DNA of 64,000 bases from the human T2T-CHM13v2.0 reference genome, Homo sapiens (GCF_009914755.1 NC_060929.1), one strand, 5' to 3'. Shown: positions 30,936 through 44,342, counted from the first letter of the stretch. Notes: a model not told the origin generated them from the sequence alone. Made by a program: numbers and translations.

Positions 30936-31081
30936 ACGACCTGCATTCTTGGCTAGCGCTGATACCGATGGACCTTTCCTGGCCTGTTTCTTCTTGGTGG
31001 TTTATCCCACCTCATGCTAAAAATAGTTTAAAAGAAGGGCCCATTGAGAAAGCCTGGAAACATCTGTAAAAGGCATAAAGA

Positions 31082-31445
<364 letters not shown>

Positions 31446-34400
31446 TTACTTTTGCTCATTTTTCATTCCCAAAAGGGCTTCTTTTCAGTTTCTCTGACCC
31501 TCGGGCATCTTTCTCCCAGCCCCCTTGTTTCAGTTTCCTGCTTGCCCACCAATAACCTCGTTAGAGCCACACCACACACATGGTTCGCCTGCTGCTGACA
31601 ACAGACAGAGCTCATGGGCAATTTTAATAGTGCAGATGTTATTTCTCTTCTTCTCAGAGGAACGGCCTCTGAGAGCCCCACAGTGATGGGGCTATAACCC
31701 CAGAAACCTCCACAAGGGAGGGGCCAGCCAGTCTCGGCTCTCTGCACTCACTGTGCACCAGCCTCTGGCCTCCAGGAAGACGGAGGGCGCTGGGGAAGGC
31801 AGTCATGGTTCCTCCCCAGCTCAAACTTTCCCATGTGAAATCCCGTGGGCCAGTTTGAGGTCCACTGGCCACTAAAATGCAATCTCTCTGTTTTGGAAAC
31901 TTTCCTCAGAACTAATTAGCAACAAGAGACGCTCACAGATAAGAACCTCAAATACCAAAACACCACTGATAAGGCACTAACCTGACATGCCTAGACCTGA
32001 GGAGGGAATCATGTCTGGGCTTCATCTCCCCAGCAATGGGTAGTAAAGGCAAACAAGCCATTGAAGGAACAAGTTCAGCAACAAAAAAGCAAGGCCCTAA
32101 ATAGCTTTTGTTAATGAGAAGTGATTTGGATACACATACATTCAGTGAGCCTAAAGTCCGTCTTACCTTGGGGCCTGTCTACCATGCTCTTTATGGAGCT
32201 CTCCCCTCAACAAATATTAGCTTTAGCCACCTCTTGGGGAAGCCTGACCCCACTGCCTCACTGTGCCACGTCCCCTTATTATTAATTCTCACAGCCAACC
32301 TTTTATTTTGGAGCATTTACCACAACTGGAATCAAGTTGTGTCATTTGCATTTCTCTTGTTCAATGGTGTATTCCCACCACCTAGCACAAAGTCTATGTA
32401 AATATTTGCAGAACAAATATGCATGGCTTCTATGACTGAGGAACTCACAAATATATATAAGAGGGTTTCATGCAGGACTTGCTGACAGCTTTGGTTGAAG
32501 TCACAAGATGTGCCATCTACATCCACAACTTCCACACTGTAGTGTAACTCAGATTCTGAACCCTATATTGCAGGACTCACAGAGAGGAGTAGTAAAAAAA
32601 AAAAGCCAGTTTTTCTCCCTTCACTTCTGGCTCCTCACTGATGTAAGGGGTGGAAGTAGAAAAGTCAGCTCATGTTAGAAATCAGGGTTTCTATAGAGGG
32701 TTGGCAGTGAGCTTCCCTCTTGCCACAAGGCTAAAGAGAACAGCTTCATAAAGAGTACTTAGAAAAAGTAATTTGTGACACCTCAAGCTTGGGGGACACA
32801 CAGGGCTGGTATGTGACTTGTGCCTGAAAATAAAGGTCTAGCAGAGTCAAGGATGCATTTGGAAGTCACTACACTCACGGATACCAGCCCAAAAGTGCTG
32901 ATTGGTCTATGACTGGGGTGGGAGTGTGGGTGAGCGACCAGATGGGACACCTCGAGTTGGCATGTTGGTATGATCATTTTTAAATGGGCAGTAAGCTTAC
33001 TAGCTTCTTGCCTGAAGTGACGGCAGTATGCTATTGGAGGCAGATGCTGAAGGCCACTGCAAGGGCCAGCCATAGGAGAGGTCAGAGGAGTCCGAGGCAA
33101 CCAGGGTGGGCTTTGACAATGCCCAAAGGAAACCAAGGCCAAGGACTTCAAAGCTGTCATTCAATCAGCCCTCTCATGCTCCTTGTCTCTCCTCCCTACC
33201 TTCCCACCCTTTCATCCTGGGAAATGCTGGGTGGTGGGAGGAGTGGGGAGGATGGCAAAAAGCACTTGGCTTCCAGACTAAAGCAGGCCTAAGCTGGACG
33301 AGGGGAGAATATTCAGTTCTAAATGTATTTCAGAACTGTGGCTGTTACATGACTGGACTTGTGAGTTACTGAAATGAGGCCCTTGCTAAAAGTGAATACA
33401 GGACTTATTTAAAAGTAGCTGTCTCTGAGGAATTCTGGGAACCGCCAGAAATTTCATCTCTGAAGGCAAACAGCCCCCAAAAAGTGGATTTGTAGGGACA
33501 CACATGACAATCGCTGTTGCTTTATGATTGTCCCTCATGGTCAATGTGACAGTGTTTAAACTTCACAGGCATTATCCTACATTACCAGGGATGAAAGAAA
33601 GAAGATCTAGGGGTTTAGGCAAATTGCCCTGGGTCAAAGGTAGGTGAATGTCACAACTGGAACTCAGGCCCAGGGTAGAGAACTCCATGTTCCGTTCTTT
33701 CCCCCAATACCACAAAGCATTTTCTATCCTCCCCAATTTTTCATGCTTTTAGGTCCCTATTTCTGACCTGGCCTTGTCACCATCTATATGTCAGGTCATT
33801 TTTAACCAAAGACAAGGGGAAAATGGTAAGATGTGCATGCTAACAGAAGAGGGGAGCCAGGGTCATTCACTCAGTCAAGAGGAGGGAGTGAAGAGAAGGG
33901 AGGAGCAGGTGGGGAGGGTGAGTTAAGGAAGGGAGGGGTGGATGATAATTGGCTACCACAGCAATAAAGATTTGTCAACAGGGGCAGAGAAAGAGGAGGG
34001 AAGGAGGAGGGTGGAGAAAAAGGTGGCTTTGCTGACGGTCCCTAGTGTCCCCTTACAGCTGTTCTCAGCTGCAGAGTTCTGAAGCTCAGGTGGCCACGAG
34101 ACCCCTAGAGACCCTCCTGGCACTCCTTTGACAAGGCTGATTTAAATGAACTCTATCCTTGGGAGGAGAAGGAAAAACTTACAGGTGTAAGAAAGAGTGA
34201 TTTTCACAGCAGCCTTTTATCCAAAGCATCTTACCTGTAACGAACAACCCCCTCTAGTAACTAGGTGGCAAGAAGCACTTAGGCTTCCAGACAAAAACGC
34301 TCTTTTAAAAACTGTCCTCTATAAAGACAACTGGAAAAGAGAATAGAGAGAATATTCAAAGTTCAGCTCAAGTTGAGAACAAATGCATCAGCACTGTGTC

Positions 34401-34462
34401 TAAGTTACTGGTAGCCAAGATGCCAAGAGAAGCTAATGTGGGACTTGAAAAGATTCACAGAG

Positions 34463-34770
<308 letters not shown>

Positions 34771-35571
34771 TCACAGGAAAAAAAAAAGTATTTCATAGAG
34801 AAATCTGATTTTTGATAGAGAAATCAATAGCAGAGCTTTTAAAATGTTCTGGGCTGTGTCCATTTACCGGGGAGCTCAATCAATCACTCTTATGCAAAAA
34901 TCTAAATTAACCTAATAGGGTTGTTCAGCTCTGACTGGTTGCTTTGCTACATATATTGCTACAGATCTTTCCACCTCTGAATAAAAGATGGAAAGAAATA
35001 ATTTTAAAGTATCCAATAAAAATACATATAGTAAACTTATGAGGTGCCAGACACCTCTCTACGTATGTGTCAGCCCAGCAACCTCCAAGGCAGGTACTAT
35101 CCTGTTCATGATGGGAAACAGAGGATCTGGGGCTTTATAAACATGCCCACAGTCTGTGGCTTGTGAGTGGCACAACAGGACTCTAAGCCAGGCTGTCTGG
35201 CAAGACTCCTTGCTCTGAAGCCCTGTGCCCGCTGCTTGTGCTCTGGCACAGCTTGCCTGGCACTTTACCACTCCTTGTCTTCGTATCATTTTTTGGAAGT
35301 GGCTGCTGGGCTGTTCTCGGCACCACCTAGGAAGAGTGTGTAAGCTCCTGGGGTCCCATCCTGCCTTCCCACGTGCTGTCACTTAGACGTCTTCATTTCA
35401 CCATCTACAATGTGAAGGGTTGGGATTCCTGTAACTGGAGAACTAGCAGAGCCCATCAACAGCATTGGGCTCTGCTAGTTCTTGGAAGCACTTGGAAAAT
35501 TACACAAATGCTAGGCATAAAATAAATGTCAATAAAAACACGTGGCAAAAGGACTCGCAAAGTCAAGTCAG

Positions 35572-35982
35572 TGTCTTAGTCCATTTGCATTGCTATAAAG
35601 GAATACCTGAGGCTGGGTAATTTATAAAGACAAGAGGTTGATTTGGCTTATGTTTCTGGAGGCTGTACAATAAGCATGGTGCTAGCATCCACTTCTGGGA
35701 AGGGCTTCAGGGAGCTTTTACTTATGGTGGAAGGCAAAGGGGGAGCAGGTATGACACATGGTGAGAGAGAGGAGATGCCAGGCTCTTTTTAACAACCAGA
35801 TATCCCATGAACTTATTACCGAGGTGGGGTGGGGGTGGGGGTGGGGGGCGGATGGAGACACCAAGCCATTCGTGAGGGATCTGTCTCCATAACCCAAACA
35901 CCTCCCACCAAGCCCCACCTCCAACACTGGTAATCACATTTCAACATTAGATTTGGAGGGGACAAATATCCAAACTCTATCA
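35572..35982 (-). mobile_element. MST (MSTB-like) MaLR solo LTR
   Basis: Runs tgtcttagtccatttgcattgctataaagg...caaactctatca; TSD gtcag / gtcgg. Confidence 0.85.
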
Positions 35983-36149
35983 GTCGGTTTGTCATGGGCA
36001 CCAGTCTGCCATCATTAACTGATTCCTAATCATGACTTTGGGAAGATAAAGTGGCAAGGAACACAAACTTGAATGAGATAGCAGATTCTTGCAGTAATCC
36101 AAATCCTTGGGCCACATGAATTTTAAATATGACCGATAGAAATAGTTTG

Positions 36150-36600
36150 CCTCATTCATTCTTTCAATAAATTATTACTGAGCACATTTTATATGGCAGA
36201 CACTAGTCTAGAGGCTGGGGACACCCTGGTGAACAGGACAGTTTCTACTCCCACAGAACTTACTAATGCAATTAGTATCCAGTTATAATTATGATAAATG
36301 CCACAAAGGAGAAGTATAGAATGAAAGAGAGCATATACCCAGAGGACCTGGGTAGTATGGGGTGGGGGCAGGGGGGCGGTTAGGAAAGGCTTCCTGAAGG
36401 AAGTGATGCCTAAGTGGAGATCTTAAGGATATGGAAGACTTAGCTAAGTGAGGAAGGGGTGGAGGGTGGTATTGGTGGTACAGAGTCTACTTAGCACATG
36501 AGGCCTTTGGGATAGGAGGAGCAAGGAGTACTGGAGAGCCTGAAGGAAGGTGTGTGTGACTGGTGTGTGGAGAGTAGGAGGAAGAGGCAGCGAGACTGGT
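36150..36600 (-). mobile_element. L2 fragment
   Basis: cattcattctttcaataaattattactgagcac...ggaaaggcttcctgaaggaagtgatg. Confidence 0.6.
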
Positions 36601-37929
36601 AAGGTAGATCATGCTATCCATGTACTCCACAATGGGATTCTGTAAGCCTATTTGGAATTCAGCAAGTATGGAAGGGCAGTCAGCATGCTTCTAGAAGCCC
36701 CAGCTGTAGAACTCAAACATGCTGGCCAATTATGTGGGCTCATCTGCAGGGAGCACACTTCTACATTTATAGTCCTAGACAGACGTGAAGTTCTTACTGT
36801 CCATCTACAAATGCTCACATTGTACCAACCATTTAATTACAGTAAGAAAAACCAGCCAGGTTGGTCAGTTGAATGAGGCAAGCAGGAGTTGAAATGACAC
36901 ATCTCCACCATTGCACCTGGCAGAATCATCTGATCCCCAACTTGAGAATTAAGCAATCATATCAGAGCCTCCTACTGCCACTACCACTGTCAGCTTTCTG
37001 TCCCAGTCTCAGAAAGGTAAAACCAGTAGAGCAGGTACATGTACACCCAGCATTCAATAAAACAAGCCCCAAACACCTCACCTTGAAACCTCTAGCTACT
37101 GCCTTTGTCCCCTTTGCAATCAGTCAAAATGAGTTCATTCTCATATGGAAAGTAATGCTTCAAGAAACACTCCTTCTTGCATTCAGCCGATAATCTGTAA
37201 AGAACGATTTTTTTCACAGAATTCCCATGTGCTTTTATAAACAATACTGAAACCCCTCCACGCCTCAGTAAGAAAAGCATATTTTCATTTTACAGCTGAG
37301 GACAGGAGCCTGTTAAAGGTCCAGTGGGAGAAGGGACTGGGGAGGGCTCCCGACCGTCATGTTGTGAAACTCACTCATCCTTGAGGCTTCTTGTAAATAT
37401 GACCAGAGGAACCGCCCACATTACTCACTCTGGGTTTTTAATACCAATGTTTGATTGAGGCTTTCTTCCCTTCCTCCTCCATTATTCCTTCAGAAGATTT
37501 TTAGAAACTGGAGGTTAAGGATTCAGCTGGGAGAATGCCCTTATGTCTTCTCAGACTGGATACCCCTAAGCTGGAGTCTGTTTCTGAGATAGGCTTTTGG
37601 TATGAAGAGAAAATGATATGATTACGAGACTGTACCCTTTCCTCCTACCTCCACCGCCCACTTTCAAATACCCCATTGTTAACACTGTACACTTCCAAAA
37701 GTAAAGCGAACATAGGGGAAACAACGTTTTCTCAAAAAGTGTGCTAGTCTCCCTTCAAATGTATTCTGTCATTTCCAATAAATCAACTCCCCCAAAATAA
37801 TCCACTAGAAATCACTCCGACCCCCACATTCTAGCCTTTGGAACCAAAAGGACTTATCTAGCATATGTGGTATCACTGGAATTGTCACTTTGAAAAGATT
37901 AGTCTTATCCTATATAAACATATGAGGCC

Positions 37930-38105
37930 CAGGATGGAGAAGTGGTTAGGAACACAGATGCTGTGGTCAGACTTCCCAGGCTCTGCCATTTACTAGCTGT
38001 GTGATAGGCAAGTTTCTTAACTTCTTTATGACTTAGTTTGCCCACCTGTAAAATGGAGATAACAGGTGGTGAGGAGAAATGGGATAATGCAGCAAAAATG
38101 TGTAA
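37930..38105 (+). mobile_element. MIR
   Basis: ctctgccatttactagctgtgtgataggcaagtttcttaac...ctgtaaaatggagataa. Confidence 0.7.
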
Positions 38106-38353
38106 CAAAAAGGAAACCTTCCATAAATGGTAACTATGATTATTGTTCCCCTAGTAGAAGTTGTCCCTGGAGGGCCTGTCCTACACTTAGAAAAAGATCC
38201 CTGGAGCAAATTCCCTGCTCCCACTTCCTAGAGCCCTAACAAGTAATATCTCTGCTAATACTTTGTCATAGGCTCTTTCTGTTTGTTTTTAAGACAAAGA
38301 GGCTTGAAATGAGACAAAGGAAAAACAAGTACCAGAATTGCAAAGTTAACATT

Positions 38354-38359
38354 TTTATT
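38354..38359 (-). terminator. Distal polyadenylation signal AATAAA of ELL2
   Basis: tttatt on the plus strand; U/GU-rich sequence follows on the minus strand (tggtacttgtttttcctttgtc). Confidence 0.75.
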
Positions 38360-39982
38360 GAACTGAAATTGGTGTAGAACAGGGGCAACCACAGCTGCTG
38401 AGCTCTGTAACAACTGAAAAGCCCCTGTGACATTTTACCTTTGAGAGTCCTAACACGGTTTGAGTGGAACAGCTGAGAAACAGCATATATATATTTTAAC
38501 ACCTCAAAATAGTTTGAAATGAGCCTCACAGCCTTGTTCAATCTTCAGATTACAAATAACATTGATAGCATCTCCTGTGGCCTTCAGTTAGTAGTGCCAG
38601 TTAATATTGTTTCTGAAAACTTTCCTCTCAAAGTGCTGGCTATAATTTTTTCTCCATCCAGTACACATAAGAAAAGGATTTAGTAACACTTGGGCAAGTA
38701 ATAAACTGTAGAACTTTAAAAGTAGTAAAGGCATATACCAAGCATACGTGACTCCACACATTGTCAGAAAGGCAGTGGACTGGCTAACGAGTTTCTGCCA
38801 AGTTTCAGAAGCAAAGAATGCACTAATGAAAAGGGTAAGGCATCCAAGCAGAGTGTCTGAATTGATGGACCACTTTTGTCTAAAACTAATTTCAACATCT
38901 TCCAATATGCAAGCAGGCATTTGTTTTACATAAGGTGAAACACTTTATAAGAGAAAAGAAAACTCCTATAAAGCTTATAAGATCAGAAAAAATTAATACT
39001 GAATTTTTATAATCAATGCATGGAGCAATGATATAAACTGACCATAACAATTTTGTGAGAACAAGTATAAAACTATCCATTACTACCTTAAAGAGTTGAA
39101 AGTTAAGCCCTCTAAAGTATTCAAAGTGGAATAAATAACAAGGTAGGAAATGCAATACCTATATATTTTAAAAAGCCCACATCTAGTTAATGTTCTCTTA
39201 GTTTGTTTTAAATCAGTTGTTCATCCAACCTGGAGTTGATTTAAGGATGTTGGTAAAAATCTTCAAAAGTCCTTCAAATCATTTTAGATGAAATGTGATA
39301 GAAAAAACTATACAACTCATTCTCTAATCTTGCTATTTTTCACACCATCCTTCCAAAAAAGAAAAGAAAAAAAACTAGATAAATTCTTCCACCGGAGTAA
39401 CTGACATTAAGTGGCCACTATTCCTGTAGTAATCATTTGTAAGAATCTAAAAGTCTTGCAGTAGGGGACGAAAAATGATTATAAATATTTTAATAGGCTC
39501 ATGCCTCATCTTCAAAAGGGATGAAACTTGGATAGTAGCAGATTCAGAGATTTATAATTTTCAAATTTACAACTAATAGACAGACACACTTTTGCAAGGA
39601 TCTGTCCAACACATACAACTAACATCTAAATTAAGGCTTTTACTGGTATGTGATCAGGTCTAAGGGTATGCAATGCTGGATTTCCATTTAGCATCTCCAG
39701 CTTTCATTGTTACCCAACTTGTAAACCAGAAGATGTGCTGATGTACAGGGTAGGAGCTCCAATGGCTAACCATTCACCAACTGGAAGGCTTGTTTGTAAA
39801 CAGGTTCTGAAACAAGAGTTGGCAGTGAAACAACTGAGGAGGTGCCTCAGATCATGCAAAGGGGAAAAGTGATTTGCACCTGCTGACATGATGGACATTA
39901 AAAAAAAAAAAAAGCCAATAGTTGACCTTCAGTTCAAGATTTCAAGATTTACAGACCTAAAAGTTTAGAACTACATCCAAGC

Positions 39983-40122
39983 CAATGGTTCTCATACTTT
40001 AGCTTGCAGAAAGTCACCTACAAGAAACCTGTGAAAATGCAGATACTTGGGCCCTATACCTAGAGATTCTAACTCAGGTGATCCAAATGGTCCAAGCACC
40101 TTTTGCTTTTGAGAAACCTTGC
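39983..40122. mobile_element. MER5-type MITE within the ELL2 3'UTR
   Basis: caatggttctca...aaaatgcagatacttgggccc...tttgagaaacc. Confidence 0.55.
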
Positions 40123-42110
40123 TCATAGCAAATAGCAGCACACAGTCTTTGATTAAAAGGCCAAGATGTCCAAGAAATAACACCAATGAGTTCATTACCT
40201 ATAGACGAACCACTCAGGAGACTCTATCATAATAATATGATGCCTGAATTTATCCCCAATTAAGTTTCCCTTTCCTTTTTTCAATTAAAAAGTTTGAAAT
40301 AAATTAACGTTTAATAATGATTGTACCAATTCTGAGGTAAAAAAAGAGCACCAGGGATCTCAATGCTAAAAGAAACAGAATTCCTTAGGAGGTCCATGCT
40401 ACATAGAACCAAAATTTCTGCGGTAATGTTATAGAGTTGTAGTGCAAAAGGGACTTGTTTCAGTCTTTGTATAGTCTGTATACTTCTGTATACATTTAGT
40501 ATATTATCTAATCTTTCCAGTTAATGTTTTAGAACTCCAAAGAGAAAAGTTAATCTACATGCTCTCTCAAGTTTTCTAGATAACCAACATTTTTCTGGTT
40601 TACAGTGATACACAACAAAGTTATTCATTTATTTTTCTGGATGCTGGAGACAAACATCTTTATTAAAGACACTACCAAAATTTTGGCAAACATTTCAAAA
40701 CAGATTTGTAAACATAATGCTTCCCTTTTCAACTGGCAGCACTTTGAAAAGACAATACAATAAGACAATACAACTTGAATCAACATTAATTCAAAATCCT
40801 TATATTTTTGACCACATAACTTATGTTCCCACATGATAAAACAAGTGACAGTTTAAATCAATGTCAACAGATAAACTCCATGAAATGAAAGTTTGTGCTG
40901 TTTGATGAATCACAGTATGTTATGGTTAAATATATCCACTCTTTTTTATATTCCTGGCACCAGGATGAAAAAAAAAATCTTTAAATATACCTCTTATGTA
41001 GGTAATAGCTTCTTTGCATATCTCTCTTCAAAAAATACTTTATAGCAGTATATAAATAGGTTACCTACACATTTCATTTTATAATTTTGTCCCAAAACTA
41101 TAGATCTGTTTCATTTTCATGACATATCAATTTTTGCCCAACATTAATAAAGCTGACAAACTCGTTGAAATGGAAATGCTTTTGTCTTCCACAACAAAAG
41201 TAGCAATTTGATAGAAGAAAAAAAACAAAAAAACAAAAAAACACCCTACAGTAACACTCGTCAGTTGTTTAACCTGAGCGTTTGGCCTACTAGGAGTAGC
41301 AGCTTTTTTTCCTTCATGCACGCTCACATCCACACCACCTCTGCACACATACAGATCGAGCACACACTTCCAGATGCTGGTAGGCCACAGTATGCTTCCC
41401 ATTGCTCTAATCAAGTGGGAAGCAGTGTAGCTAATGATTAACCACACTATGTACACAACTAGCAAACACCTTAAGGCAACCATTGCAATGGGGGGTTAAC
41501 TTGCAGGGCGGATTTAATGTTCTAGATCAAGTCAGCCTGTATATACATATGTGTATGTGAATCTATACACATACACCTTTCTATTTTTTAACCCTCCAAG
41601 ACAATGTTTATTTTTTTAATTTTGTGCAAATTTCTAAATATTCTACCATTTAAGGCAAAGAGTTTGCATTAAGAAACGTCAGAAAATAGGCTTACGTTTA
41701 TCCAAAAGCATTTCACCTTGCACATTACTGTTGTTGTTTTTTAAACACATACAACTTTTAAGTGTGGACACTGGATCCCCAATATCTAAAAAATCATTTC
41801 TAATAACAAACACAAGTTTTTGAGGAAAAAAAACTGATTTGAAATATAGACAATGGATCCCCAATACCTAAAAAAATTATTTCTATTAACAAACACAAGT
41901 CTTGGGGGTGGGGTGGTGGGGAGGACCAGAAAGAGCAGCTTCGAAATGCAGGGAAGCAAAGTAAAATGGAAAAGAAAAAGTAACTCAAGTTTACTAATAC
42001 TGAAACTTTCAACAGCCAAAGTTTCACCTTTTTAGAATCTAGAGCAACTCATTTGGAATTTTAAATAAATAAGCTTAAGTTTATTCACATCTTCTGGTCC
42101 AAGCAGAGTT

Positions 42111-42227
42111 CTAGGACCATGACTCTGCTTGCTGTTGGTCAAATTCACCTATTAGCCTTTTGATGTGAGCCAGCTTGTTATGAAGATATTCACATCTGTA
42201 TTTTTCTTCATGGTAATTGGGACTAGA
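42111..42227 (-). CDS. ELL2: ELL2 last exon, coding part (SSPNYHEEKYRCEYLHNKLAHIKRLIGEFDQQQAESWS*)
   Basis: Poly-T tract then ctgcag|TCT; TAG stop at 42111-42113. The exon lengths found here leave 481 nt for upstream exons in a 640-aa protein, consistent with the known model. Confidence 0.97.
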   Translation of the reverse strand, partial: SSPNYHEEKYRCEYLHNKLAHIKRLIGEFDQQQAESWS

Positions 42228-42325
42228 CTGCAGATGAAAAAAAAAAAAAAAAAAGAGGAATGAGATTGCAGAATTTACAACATTTTTCAACCACAGGTCA
42301 GAAAATCAACAGTGATGATACCTAC

Positions 42326-42370
42326 CTGCTTTATCTTCTGATATTCTTGTAAGACTTCTTCATGAACATT
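42326..42370 (-). CDS. ELL2: ELL2 coding exon 11 (45 bp; NVHEEVLQEYQKIKQ)
   Basis: Acceptor ttttgtag|AAT, donor CAG|gtagg; phase 0 at both ends. Confidence 0.95.
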
Positions 42371-42444
42371 CTACAAAATTAAATATTAGAAATCAGAAGA
42401 GAACAACTTCTTTTGTGTGTGGCAATACAAATAGATAACATGCA

Positions 42445-43150
42445 TTCAGCAAGAGTATAGGAAATATTGACTGTGGGAATGTAACTTGAAACAATCTTTA
42501 TGGAAGGCAATGTGGCAACAGCTATCAAAATAGTAAATGCAAAATCGACTCAGCAATTCTACTTATCCTATGGACACACTTGCTCCCCAGTGAATGACAC
42601 ATATACAAGATTATTCACTGTAGTGCTGTTTGTAAAGCAAAAGACAGTAAACAAAATTGAAATGTCCATCAATCTATACAAAGGATACTAAGAGGCCATT
42701 AAAACATGCCAAAGTGTTTTATGTACCAATATAAAAAAATTCTCTAAGATGCATTATATTGTTTAGTGAAGAAAGCAAAGTGCTGAACAATATGGACAGC
42801 TTGATACCATTAGTTTAAAAGAGAAAAACACAATAGTATTCTAAGAATTCCATTACTTGTAAGATGCTCATTTCTCCCCATTTCAATGAAACCAGTACAA
42901 ATAATAATGTATCATAATTTAAGTTATTGGGCATAAAACAATGGTGTAGCTTACAAATGAAGAAACCTTAGATTCAATTAAATACGGTATATATGTTGAA
43001 ATTACTTGTGTAGATATGTACATACATTTTATACCATGTGTACATACATGCACATATCACACACATAAACACACTTCGAAAGAATACACTGGAAACCAGT
43101 AACAGTGATTTTCTGTGGGGATTGGTGAGGGGGGGAGTCAGGTGCCTGGG
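42445..43150 (+). mobile_element. Old L1 (L1ME-like) 3' fragment in ELL2 intron 10
   Basis: tggaaggcaatgtggcaacagctatcaaaat...cagcaattctactt...aaatgtccatcaat. Confidence 0.6.
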
Positions 43151-44342
43151 GGGGATAATAGCCTAATGTATGTACCAAGTACCAGGCATGGATCCAGGCA
43201 CTTTACTGTGCTTACTTATGTTTATTCCTCATAACTCAATGATTATCCCATTTTATGGATGGGGAATTCAAGGCAAAGAGGCATTAAGTAACTTGCCCAA
43301 GGCCACACAAATATTAACCACTCCTAACCAAGTAATCCTTGGAATTATATTCTAGTTTCAGTATAATTATATACATTGATAAATGACTATATAGAAAAAA
43401 AAATAAACCCCAAACCACCATGTCACCAACCTCTTGCACCTCTGAACACCGATTCTTCTGGCAGTCTCCTATAACTCTCGCCAGCTTGTTGAAAAAGATT
43501 AAGGCCCTCTAGTAGAAGACATAATGAATCTTGAGGACACAAATGCTCTCAGGCTGTTTACTGTTGTGGGAAAACTCATCCATTGTCTCACGTAGGCTCC
43601 AGCCTGAACACTGGTAGTGGGCTGGGACAGAGGCACCACTATACCACCTGTGTCCGTGAAGTGTGACAAAGTTATCTAGCCCACACGGGAGGGAAATACT
43701 CATTTCTATCAATCCCTTTGCTAAGAACTACAAAAATAATCAGGAGACAGGTCAGGCAGGCATCTCCTGCTCTTTGTCAGCTGTAGTAATATTACCACTT
43801 CAAGTAGGAAAGTGAAAACAGAGTAAGACTGGTTAACAAAGATCCGTCTTTGTAGCTAGAAGCAGCAAACTTCTTTACTTAAACCCCAAATCTCTGTGTA
43901 TTAAGCCCTCTTTATTTCCTATGTTTGTATCTTCCCTATTCTATCTCAGATTGAGGTTTAAAGAAAAATACTTGAAATAGCACTGTTTTGGGATAGCACC
44001 AGACCTATGAGCTGTAGTCTAAGTTGGCAGTGTAATTAATCAAATAGTTAGCTGAATCTCAAGATCCAACTTTTTTTCCTATTTAGTTGTGTTTGGTATT
44101 TTTCTCAATATGTGATACATTATAGTGGCACAAGGTTTTTTTCCACTGGTAGAAATACAGGTTTACTATGTTAATTTATTTTCAAGAACTATTTCAAATA
44201 TTTAGTTTCCTAAAGCAGCAGCGAGGCTGGTCTGCAAGAGTACTTACTCTAAAGGCCACTGTGATGGCTGAGGTTGAGCAGGGCAGGGAAAGAAAGAAGG
44301 TAAAATATGAAAGTCAGCCCATCTAGTTACAAATCCATTTAC

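Larger units (their letters stand above)
38338..42110 (-). other. ELL2: ELL2 3'UTR (~3.8 kb, AU-rich)
   Basis: Follows the stop codon; nearly repeat-free AT-rich sequence ending just past a distal AATAAA. Exact cleavage site estimated. Confidence 0.8.
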
